64,000 bases of DNA from Azolla caroliniana (Eukaryota; Plantae; Polypodiophyta): positions 17,608,001 to 17,672,000 of the forward strand of contig JBHGNT010000008.1 in the NCBI GenBank assembly GCA_043228905.1. The letters run 5' to 3'. The first letter of the stretch is position 1; every line of letters starts with the position of its first letter. The notes beneath the pieces were generated by a model, which saw only the letters and a program-made list of their open reading frames with translations, did no database searches and had not been told where the DNA came from. Below, one piece after another: positions 12,530 through 23,970 of this stretch. Position numbers and translations under genes: made by a program.

Positions 12530-13576
12530 CCTACGATCATATCTATTGTTCATGTCATTGTCATCACTTCTATAATTTGATCCTAGCGAGGTTCAAACTC
12601 TTAAACATGTCACTCGCATACACTTCCAATTGCGTCAGACATGCCCATACCTCAATGTAGAATCTCTACACCACTTCAATAACCATTGAAGAAAGATGCA
12701 TCCAATAACTAAGATGACATTATTGAGATCCCTCGGTCAAGGTCACTTGTAAAAACGTCCTTTAGTGATCAGCCACCATTGAAAAACAAAGGTATCATAT
12801 ACAAACCCTCAAAAGCTCAATGTACCACATTAGAAGAACAACTACTCAATGAACAATCCACCCATGCCAAATTGGTGCCCACTAGAACGAAACAATAACC
12901 TAACTCAAATGGCTAACCTTTGGTTCTCATTGTTCCCTCTCTCTACATCCAATAAGAGACACTTTCCTTTATGTAGCTTTTCCACTCTAATTTATTGAAA
13001 TGCATGGTTTTTACTTAGAAATTATCTATTTAATCGAAACACCTCTTATGTTTCTCATGTAACAATGATCTATTTAATTAAATGTAGCATATATTCGTAA
13101 TTAGTGTAGTGACTAGGTGTGTGTTAATTTCAAATTAACTTTGGAAGCTTGAGGCTTCCACGATTGCATGGAGTGGAGAGTAAGTGCTTTTATGTGTTGA
13201 TGTATGACTTGGTCTTTGCCATTGGGGAGCGGCATTCCCAAATCCTTTGACTAACACATTGTGAGGAAGGCGACCCCTCAGGACTGGGTAGTGACCCTTG
13301 GAAGTCCAATGATCCAAGTCATGAGTTGTGTTGGCCCCTTCGAGGAAACACGATGCAATGGCCATTTCGCACTATGGTGATTACAATGTTAGTTGGGTGG
13401 CCAACAACAATGGTCCATGATTTGTCCCTTTCACCCTCCGCCTACATGAATGGGGAGAGCTCTTTGTAATGATCATTGGACTCACATCACTCCCCCCCCT
13501 ACCCATGTGGATGTCTCTCTCCCATAATCTTACAACAATTTCACATTTTTACTAGGATGTCTCCTTGATCCCACAA

Positions 13577-14225
13577 TGTTAAGGAACACATAACCGATGG
13601 TAAGGAAGTTCTAAGGCCATGCAAGTGATGAATAAGGTTATATTCATGAGGGAGGGGAGTGAGTGTCAACGTTGAGTTGGTATGAATGAATAAGAACATG
13701 CAAACAAAGAAAGGCAGAACGTTTACAAACGTACACGTATGATACGCGATATTCGTTTGGCTTTTATTTATAAGAGAGGGAGAGAGAGAGCTTAGAACAA
13801 GAAGCTATATTAGAGAAAAATAAAATTACATCCAACAATAACTAAGTTACAAAAGCTTGGTTTAAATACCAACTAGTTTAGGGCAACTGTCCTTTCTACT
13901 ATTTACAAAACTAGCCTAGTATGTCCTCTGGTTATTGTGAAAACCATTTCATTGGGGAAGTTGAGTTCGTTTCTCAACATTGTCTCGTATTCGCTTAACT
14001 CATTAGGGAACATCCCTGAAATCCCGTTTCCTTGACATTCCCTAAGGGAAAACATACTGAATTGCTTTTAGGACCCGTTGAGTGCCCGAAGGAACTATCT
14101 TATCCTCTGCACCCACTGAGCTGTGTTTAGGACCCATTGATCGCCCAAAGGATCTATCTTACCATGCGCACTCAATGAACTGCTCTTAGGACCTGTTGAG
14201 CGCCCGAAGGAACTATTCTTACCCA
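13577..14225. mobile_element. Probable solo LTR containing three ~59-bp tandem repeats
   Basis: TGTTAAG...CTTACCCA ends; flanks CACAA/CACTA (4/5 TSD match); repeats 'taggacccgttgagtgcccgaaggaactatct' at ~14055-14222. Confidence 0.5.
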
Positions 14226-16252
14226 CACTAAGATCTCAATCACTCCATATATATGTAGAGGGAGAAGAGTCTTGGCCCACATAATCAAAACACTCTCTAT
14301 ATTATGTATGCATATGCATATCTGTGTAAGAGAACTCTGTTTCCATATACTTGGGAATTCTTCAACATGATCGAAAGCATCGAAAACAGAGAGACAAAGA
14401 GCATATCGTAAAGGTAAGGTGTCTCAAACTCGTTTTTTCTTAAATTCGATGATGTCTGCCATGTCTCCAGCTCAAGGTTAGACAGGCAATGTTCTCCTCT
14501 TGATTTCTTCCAAATGTTGCTGATTTAAATATGTAAACAGGTATATACATGTATGCATACTTAATGTGTATGTACACATATGTATATGTCAACATATACA
14601 TATGTATATAGATGCACACACACACATATACTTTTGTATGTATGGATGTATGCATGCATGCATCTATATATATAGTATAATGCATATAGAGGATTTCCTA
14701 TGGTCCTTTGAAGACTAATAACATGTGCTATGCCACCCGAAACGAAAAAAGCCTTACACGGTAGCAGCAGGAGCTTCTTATTGCTCATGTATCCTTCATG
14801 AGTGATTTTCTACGCCAAAAAAATGGGTTTCTAGGATGTGAGTTTCCTAGAAGACACGATCTTCTCTTCTCGAACCGTAGACGTTCTTGGATATTTCTCC
14901 ATTATTGGGAATCATATATTTTACTTCATCGGCGTATGTTGTATGTTTAAACCTGAAATATTTTTCATTCTCTATCTCTCTTGCATGCCATAATGTCACA
15001 TGCATGTAGATAAAAGCAAAGCGGAAAAGCTGAGAAGCTGTTGGAGAGAGGGAGCTTTTTTTATTTGTCATGTACATTATTGTTCTCATTGGAATGAAAG
15101 GATGTGCATGAAAAATGTTTGTGCCTTCCATCCACTTACTTATTTTTGCAGCTAAAATCCCTCTTGACACGTGGATTAGGAGAGAGGAACATTTGAAAGG
15201 ACTATGTTCATCACAATTACCTCCTAATTTTCTATATTCCAAATGATATGGCTTAATGAAATGTTATCTTCAAATTAGTTTACATATTTGAAGAAGCTCA
15301 TCATGGTATTATTGATATTCATCTAGCTAATCTTGGGGAATTCCCAAAAGTATGTAAACTGAGAATTTATCTACTGGATTGATCACAAACATAATTTTCT
15401 CATCATATTTCTGAACGTGATAGGAAATGCATTCATATAGAAGGAGATTGGAAAAAATCTCCACAAGGTAGGAATTTGTGTACGCAATGAAAGAAATGAG
15501 GGAAGAACTGCAGATTGTGAAGGCTATTTGGTAGCATTCTTTTTGTTACCTCACATAGCTGGATACTTTTTTCGGAGTCAAATCAAGCTGGGAATGGGAA
15601 CCAGACATTTATATTTTAGGTGCAACCTAGGATTTTGGCATACATAGGGTGAGCTACCTTTGTGCACTTTGTCCTCCTGCTTCTTGATCCAGCCTCATTT
15701 TAAAGGTTGCAGTGGATGCCTGTCCTGAAGTGCATGATTAATGTTATGTATTATGAAATACAAGATTCACCTTATGTAGTATGGGATGCATACAATGCTT
15801 TAGTGGGATCATTGGGCCTCAGTTTGGTAGATTTTCAGTTGGGTGAAGTGCTCTCAGACATTGGGAAATTCAAAGAAAAACTTCTATACAGATTTTCTGG
15901 AAGAGATTAAAATTCAGTTACTATGAGCCACTTTAAGGTTTTGATACTATTTTTCATGCATCATGCTGATAGGTTGATTGATGACTGTCACCTTGCCAAC
16001 CTCAAGCATACTTACTTACACACAAAGATACCTACATGCACAACAGTCTCTGCATCGTTATGTCCAAGTATGCATCCTACCTACCTTTTAAACAGTTTTT
16101 TGGAAACCCAATGTCCTTTGGATGTGCTCTTTTTTAATTTATTCTTAGTTCACCGTGATTTTGTAATTAGGAAATGGAGCTTATAGATACCTTTTATTTC
16201 TTCTCAGACTTTCAAGAAGGTAGCATTGATATCAACATTCAAAGGTTGCTCT

Positions 16253-19200
16253 ATGACAGCAGAAAATAAAGGCAGCAATATGACCACTGGCTTAGACAAA
16301 AATGATGGTACTGGAGTTTTCGTTTTTCCTTGTCAAATGAAGGCATCTTATGTTGGTTTTGTTCTCTACATGCATGTAAGAATGGTCTGGTTTTATTCTT
16401 TACATTATTGTTTAGAACAAGAAAAAGCGATCTATATTTTCTTTCTAGCCAATGTATGGGAGGTAATCAAATTCTTTAAAATAGACTACCATTTTAAATT
16501 CCGATAAAGGGAACCATTTAAATATTACGTACATTAGTGAATGAACATTTAGCCGCATTATATATTTTTAGAACAATCAGAGAAACCTGGAAGCCATCAT
16601 ATGTATGTGAAACTCAGATCTTATTAGTTACAAAATGCAATGCTAATAATTTGGGCAACCATATATTTTGGCTTATGTTTACAGGTGATGCTAAGTTTCC
16701 TATATTTCTATGTGGGGAGTTTGTTGATGAAACTGCAAAAAACATCATCAATAATAAAGAAATTATCCTTCCTGAAGGAGCTATTTTGTTGCATGAAAGG
16801 GAAAAATGCACTGATAGCAGTAGAAGTGACTTGTTCAAAAGTGATGTCTATATAAAAAGGCTTTATACATTAGAATTTGGAAAGCATCTACTATGGTCAC
16901 CATGTTTACCATCAACACATACCTTATTGTCTCAGTAAGTATGATCTTTTTGTGTCAATTTTAAATCCTAAGAGATGCTCACGATTTTAATTCTGTGCTT
17001 TTCTTAATTCAGAAACTTCCATATCTTCCCTCTTGGCACTGTCTGTGTTGCAGATGCACAACTGTCTGGTAAAGGTAATGTAAATGTTCTGACTGAATTC
17101 AATAATGTTTATTGGTGATGTAAGTTGAGGTATGTTAAAGCTTCTTCTTGTTGGATGTAAGGGACACTAACATTGGATACCATGTTCAGTTACCATCAAC
17201 TCATCCCATACATAGTGATTATGCACTTCGTGCTTCTAAAACCATCTCAAGAATCATTTCTAATTGTAAAGCCACCCCATGCATATCATTTCTAATCATT
17301 TCTAATAGACACAAATGAGAATGGCCATTGTACAAGAGAACAGAACATCATGACAGAATGTCTTAATACATTACATTGCTGGTTCATTACCTTACAAGGT
17401 AAAATACAAACGGTATGGAAAGGTAAATGTAACAAGAATAGAGAGAGAAGACCACTAATTTGAAATACATGTAATTTTATTAGATTGGGCATGGAATTAT
17501 AAACTATCTCCATTTGAGATGGCCAATCATTTTTATAAATCCTAAGTACTAGTCTCAGAGGAGATTCTGAAGTATATTGTTTTTATTCACAGGAAGGGGT
17601 GGAAATGTATGGGAATCACCTAATGGTTGCTTGATGTTTTCATTTACTCTTGCAATGGATAATGGGCGATTGCTACCATTCTTACAGTATGTGGTATCAA
17701 TTGCACTACTTGATACAATTCAGCAACTTGCTTTAGAAAAGGTGAGAACATTTACTAGATAATACTGAATAATTATATAAATCCATGAATTACAAACACT
17801 TCTGTTTTGCCATTAATCTGTATCTATGTTCATAATCAATGTATCTTGTTATTACCTTCAATACATTGTTATTTGCTGGTGATATGAGATTTCTTGCTTA
17901 CTTACAATTTTGTTTCGAAACCATTTGCTCTTTCTATCCAATCCATTATTCACTGATAAAATGATGTCCTTTGCGGTCTGTTTCTGTTATTATTGGGCAG
18001 TGCCTCCCAAAACTTCCCATAAAAATAAAGTGGCCTAATGACATTTATGCAAATGGTATTAAAATTGGAGGTGTACTGTCTACATCAACTTACCGAGACC
18101 GAAAATTTAATGTTGTGATTGGTGAGTTATTATATGATTTAAGTTGATTGTCTTCTTTATTACGATGTTTTAATTGATAATGAGTCAATGTCTTCCTTAT
18201 TACAAGGTTAAAGAGATTTTTTCTATTTGAGAATGCAGGCATTGGACTGAACGTAGGAAACTGGGAACCAACAACATGTTTGGATGCTCTTATGCAAGAT
18301 ATGGTACCTGGGGCCCCACCTTTTGAAAGAGAAGAATTTCTTGCTCTCTTCTTTGGAAAGTTTGAACAACTCTTCAGCACATTTGTTAAGGAAGGTAAGC
18401 TGCAATATTTACATCCCATTGGTTGCCGCATCTCATGCAACTACTTATTACCACCGTGGTATGTTATAGGTAGTTCATCTCATGTATATGTGTTTTGTCT
18501 GGTTCTTCGTTTAAAAATCTGCTGCGGTGATTCTGATGGACCTCTGTAATACGTGCATAGAAGAAGGATGTAGTAGGTATGCGTCAGTATATGTATATGC
18601 ATGCATATATGTATGTAGTATATACATGTCTATATGAATGTAATCTTTATCTATAATGTTGGTATGTGTCGGTATATGTATATGCATGCATATATGTATG
18701 TAGTATATACATGTCTATATGAATGTAATCTTTATCTATAATGTTGGTATGTGTCAGTATATGTATATGCATGCATGTATGTATGTAGTATATGGGTATC
18801 TTGCAATCAACTCATTATGATCAACCTATTTCTGACACATATCAGTCCCAAGTTTTCACACTCGCAATCTTTATATTTGGGATGTCTCGTAAAGCAAATA
18901 GAAGAGCATATATATGGCCTCTGCTTTTAAGATTTCTAGTCTGAAGATAGTTTTAGTGGCCTGCTACTGGTGATGATGTCATAATCACTTTTTGCAGGGT
19001 TTCACATCTCATTGAGATTTCTAACCGCAAAAAGGTGTATATGTACTTCTATGAATGTTTCTTATCTGTAGACAGATACAGCAATTTTGTGGTCTTTTTT
19101 TCTGTAATCAGTTTTTTGAGTTTTTACTGCTCATTGGGGATTCCCGCCAGTAATATAATGCAATAAAAAAGTGTGTAAAGTACATATATAAATATATGTA

Positions 19201-19858
19201 GGTATAATGTCTTCATATAGCTGCATCTTTTTACATTCACTATCGCACAATCATGTACTTTCATTAATGTTGAGTTTTTGGTTTTTATTGTTCTTCTTGA
19301 CTCTAGGTTTTGCACCCTTGGAAGACAGTTACTACAGAAAATGGCTACATAGGTGAATGCTTGTAGCAGCTTGGTTTCTAATATGCCTTCTTGTTTGCAT
19401 TATTTGGGAGTTCAGCATGTGTAATCATTTATGGTACAAAGCAGTGGACAGGTTGTAACATTAGAAGAGACACAAGCTGGCACAACGAAAAAAGTTCCAT
19501 TGGTTATCCAAGTAAGTGTTCGAGTTTCTATTCTTGATGTTGTAGGCTATTTTCTTGTTTCATATGATTCAATACATTAACTCTGATGTCTAAAAAAGGA
19601 CACTGTGATTAGGGCTTAAGCCCTACAGGTTATCTCCTTGGAGTTGATGATAAAAAAAACATGTATGAGCTACATCCCGATGGCAATAGGTAGTGAGTGA
19701 GATTCAGAATTATATTCTTCCATTACATTTTACAAACTTTCATAAAGATTCATGACTTCTTCGTGGGGATTTATGCTCTTTTTTAAGGTTCCTAATCATT
19801 TTTGTTTGGCAGTTTGGACTTTTTCAAAGGTCTTCTACGAACTAAGCTACAATCTTAG
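16253..19858 (+). CDS. HCS: Holocarboxylase synthetase / biotin-protein ligase
   Basis: GT-AG exons 16253-16307, 16685-16934, 17013-17074, 17593-17741, 18001-18121, 18239-18394, 19307-19352, 19445-19511, 19613-19689, 19813-19858 join in frame. They give the BPL motifs QLSGKGRGGNVWESP, IKWPNDIY...KIGG, GIGLNV, YYRKWLHS and ELHPDGNSLDFFKGL. N-terminus may extend upstream. Confidence 0.93.
18576..18793. repeat. Intronic 85-bp tandem repeat (~2.5 copies)
   Basis: Units start at 18576, 18661 and 18746. Confidence 0.85.
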
Positions 19859-21222
19859 GATGTGAAGAGGAGGAATAACAAATATATTGAATAAACCTTT
19901 CAAAAGGATGTACTTAATAGAAACAGTTGTATTTATTTGAGCCAAGTTTTATTTGTAATTGAAACTACCAGCAAACTACTAAAAAATAAACCTCATCAAG
20001 CAAATCTATGCTGTTCTCTTGCAAAATACCATCACATGTGTTTACAATGGCAAACTAATTTGTTAAAACTCTTTTAGTTCTGGGTATGTAGTCAGCTATC
20101 TTGTCTCAATGGATATGATGTCTATTTTAAGAGTTTTCACTTCTTTGCGATGCAAGGATTATGGTGAAAATCATTGGAGGACATGATTTAAAAATTGATA
20201 TTTGGAAAAATGAAAAGCTTCACTTGAGCATCCCCATCATATGCGGATTTAATGGACCTTGTGGATTTAATGAGGTCCATGAACTGAAAAAATAACCTTT
20301 TGTTGCTATACCAAGCATCTATTTAGGGTTATAATACAATTGTGTTGTCTTTCAGGATCATAATATCTTTTTTAGCCTTTGGTAATTAAGAATAGCTTAC
20401 CATTTGCTTTATTTATTTATGAATAATCATAGAATATGTTTAATATTGATGATGATCCCGATCCCAATTTGATATTGAACAATGTTCATCTTCCAATGTT
20501 TATGATGCTTCATCAATACAAAGAATATTGGATTTATGACCTTAGTGACAAAGAGTTTTTAACGTACCATACCATGAATAATCCCACTCCTAAATTTCAT
20601 GATAATATATTTGTATTTATAATAATTATATTGAATTTAAGTCTTCTAATTACACACTGGCATATTCCATTACATGTTCCAGGACTTAGGAATAGATTGG
20701 CTTATTCCATTACATGTTCAAGGACTTGGGAACGTTCATGAATATTGTTCTTGTTGGAATCTTAGTTTCCTTATGTTTCTTGAAACCCTCTTTTCATAGC
20801 TCTATGATTTAACTCACTTAAATAATGTAATGCAGCAATCTTAAGCTTATTCCACATTGTTCACTTTTGGATCATGAAGAATAACATACACCCTACACCA
20901 AACAAGGGGACTACATCCAAAAGCCAAATTGAGCTTATTCAATGGGCCAACACAGTCTTAGCGAGTGTTTGGAAAGAGGAGGTGATCTCGTGCGATGAAA
21001 ATTTCAGTCTATTGGTTGAATTGATGCAGATGAAAATTTCGATGTACTGGTTGAATTGATGCAGCAGGAACACACTTACAATTGGACATAATAGAAGCCG
21101 AGGACACCAACTAAAAGAAGATTCTACTTGATTCTGATAAGTTAGGGATATATTCTCTGCAAATATTTGGGAACCAATCAACAAGAAGAACAACAGTTTC
21201 CCCAACTCTAGGAAACTCTTAG

Positions 21223-21266
<44 letters not shown>

Positions 21267-21669
21267 TTCTTACCGTCACTCTGTTTCTATTTCTCCTCTG
21301 AACTGGTACCGGACCACCCACATGTTAGAATCACTGTAAATTGATGAGAGCAAGCGCAGTCAGGAGACACATAGACTTGGCCATGGCAGAACTTTCCCCA
21401 GGATAACTGCCCACTAGGTTCTACCGCTATACTTGCATTTTTGGGGTCATTTTTGTGACGTAATCCATGGAAACTGCATTATGTTTTCTCTTCGTCGATT
21501 CTTTTTGGGGAATTTTTGTATTCACATTGGAATGTGGTTTTTTTTGTTTTTCTTAGGTTTTCTTCTTAATGTAGTTCATTGTGGAAACTGCGCATCATGT
21601 TTGGTACTTAAGATTTTATTTTCACCCTAAATAAAGACAGAAAGAGATGTAATTTGTCAATGCTGTGAA

Positions 21670-23970
21670 ATGAAGCCTCTTCATGAAATGGTTCTTACTA
21701 TGATTTCCATGCATCAGCGAGGAATGCATGTGACAAGAGAGATGGTTTATAGTCTTATACAATCATGTATAAAAAAGAAAGATGTAGACTCTGCAAAATT
21801 CTTCCTTACCACTTTTGTGTTGAAGTATAAGATCAATTTGGCATCATCGATCGGGGATATTTTTATTCGTTTTTTTGCCTCTTGTGGATGTTTGCTTGAA
21901 GCAAATAGAGTCTTTGAGATCATTTCATCTCCTAGTGTACATACGTGGCATGCCATAATCTATGCACATTCCCTTAATGGGCAGAGAAAAGGCGCCATTG
22001 ATCTTTACAATAAGATGCTAGAAAGAAGGGAAACAATTCCGAACAAATATATATTATCATGCATTTTGAAAGCATGTAGTGACATGCAAGATCTACACCA
22101 AGGTGCTTTGATATATACTGATGTTATCAAAATGGGTTTAGAATCGGATGTTGTGGTCGGGAGTGCAATCATTCATATGTATTCGAAATGCAAACGAATG
22201 GAGGACACATCAAGTATATTTGAGAAGATACAAGGCCAGAATGTGGTTTCCTGGAATACTATGATGACTGGCTTTATCGACCAAGGAATGTATCTTTCTG
22301 CCATTCAACTTTTTGAGAAAATGATCAAAGATGGAGTGAATCCTGATAAAGCTACATTTCTATGTGCTATTAAAGCATATGGTAACCAAAGCTCTGCCTT
22401 AGATGCAAAAGTGCTTTGTGAACTTATAGCACAAAGCCAGTTTACTGAAAATAATGCTATTGGAAATGCTCTCATTGACATGTATGCAAAATGTGGAGAC
22501 CTTGAAAAAGCTTATGGAGTCTTTAAAAGTTTGGCGAGCAGAGACATAATCTCATGGAGCACCATGATTTCTGGCTATGTAAGAAATGGCCATGGTGTTG
22601 CTGCATTAGAGTTATTTGAAAAGATGCAGGAAGAGGAGGGTATAAGACCTGACAAAATTTCTATTTTGTATGTTCTAAAAGCATGTAGCATCATCAGGGC
22701 CAGTGGCTTGTGCAGGCTTTTACATGATCAATTGATTAGGAATGGACTTGTATTTGATTTAATGGTTGGAAACACCCTAATCGATACATACTCTAAATGT
22801 GGTGACATTGAACAAGCAGAAAGAACCTTTGGTGCTTTGCCAGATAGAAGTGTAGTATCATGGAATGCCATGCTATCAGCATATACCCAGCATGGATTTG
22901 ATCTTCCTGCTCTTCAGCTTTTCAATATGATGCAAGAAGAGGCTATACAGCCAAGTATTGCAACATTTTCATGCATCACGAAGGCATGTGGAAATTTGAG
23001 AGACCTGAAGTTGGGTCAAATCATACATGACCAAATTCTGAAAGATCAATTGAAAATGGATGTAGTAGTTGGAAACACACTCATTGACATGTATATGAAA
23101 TGTGGCTGCTTGGATGATGCACGTAAGGTTTTCACTGATTTGCCGAATCGCAATGTTGTATCATGGGCTGCTATCATTACAGGATACCTAGAACATGAAG
23201 ATGATATTATGGCCTCTTTGATTCTATTTCAGATGATGCGAGAAGAAAATGTGGAGCCTGACCTGGTCATAACTTTGTCTATTCTGAAATCATGTGGTAG
23301 TATAGGTGCATTAAATTGGGGTAGACTATTACATGATCATGTCATAAGAAATGGGCTAGAGTTGGATTTCGGGGTTGGGAATACACTCATTGATATGTAT
23401 GCAAAATGTGGAAGCCTTAAAGAGGCTGAGACGATATTTGATCAGTTACTGAGCCGAAATGTGGTATCATGGAACGCAATGATTGCTGGTTATGCACAGC
23501 ATGGCTATGGAAAGTTAGCCTTTCATTGGTTTGATACCATGCAATTACAATGCATAGCGCCAACACATTACACATTTATCAGCATCCTGGCTGCATGTAG
23601 TCATTCAGGTCAGGTTGGCGAAGGGTATGCATACTTTAGGTCTATGTCTAATAGTTATAAAATTACTCCAGGTGATGAACATTTCAATTGTATGGTAGAT
23701 CTTCTCGGACATGCAGGGTGCTTGAATGAAGCTGAAGAACTGTTGAATAGCATGCATTTCTTGCCAGATATAAATGCGTGGATGTCGTTACTCACCTCGT
23801 GCTCATTGTTTGGCAATAAGGAACTTGGAAGAAGATGTCTTGGGGAAGTCCTAAGGTTGAGCCCTGATACATCTGCTGGACATGTGCTTATGTTTAACAT
23901 ATATGCTGATTCGCAAATGTGGGAGGAGGATGCCCACAAAGGATTCAAGAAACAATTAGTATGTGAATAA
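21670..23970 (+). CDS. PLS-class pentatricopeptide repeat protein with E domain, no DYW (putative organellar RNA-editing factor)
   Basis: 766-aa intronless ORF with repeated GNTLIDMYAKCG / NVVSWNAMI / TFISILAACSH motifs, then EHFNCMVDLLGHAG and AWMSLLTSC (E domain). Confidence 0.93.
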   Translation: MKPLHEMVLTMISMHQRGMHVTREMVYSLIQSCIKKKDVDSAKFFLTTFVLKYKINLASSIGDIFIRFFASCGCLLEANRVFEIISSPSVHTWHAIIYAHSLNGQRKGAIDLYNKMLERRETIPNKYILSCILKACSDMQDLHQGALIYTDVIKMGLESDVVVGSAIIHMYSKCKRMEDTSSIFEKIQGQNVVSWNTMMTGFIDQGMYLSAIQLFEKMIKDGVNPDKATFLCAIKAYGNQSSALDAKVLCELIAQSQFTENNAIGNALIDMYAKCGDLEKAYGVFKSLASRDIISWSTMISGYVRNGHGVAALELFEKMQEEEGIRPDKISILYVLKACSIIRASGLCRLLHDQLIRNGLVFDLMVGNTLIDTYSKCGDIEQAERTFGALPDRSVVSWNAMLSAYTQHGFDLPALQLFNMMQEEAIQPSIATFSCITKACGNLRDLKLGQIIHDQILKDQLKMDVVVGNTLIDMYMKCGCLDDARKVFTDLPNRNVVSWAAIITGYLEHEDDIMASLILFQMMREENVEPDLVITLSILKSCGSIGALNWGRLLHDHVIRNGLELDFGVGNTLIDMYAKCGSLKEAETIFDQLLSRNVVSWNAMIAGYAQHGYGKLAFHWFDTMQLQCIAPTHYTFISILAACSHSGQVGEGYAYFRSMSNSYKITPGDEHFNCMVDLLGHAGCLNEAEELLNSMHFLPDINAWMSLLTSCSLFGNKELGRRCLGEVLRLSPDTSAGHVLMFNIYADSQMWEEDAHKGFKKQLVCE

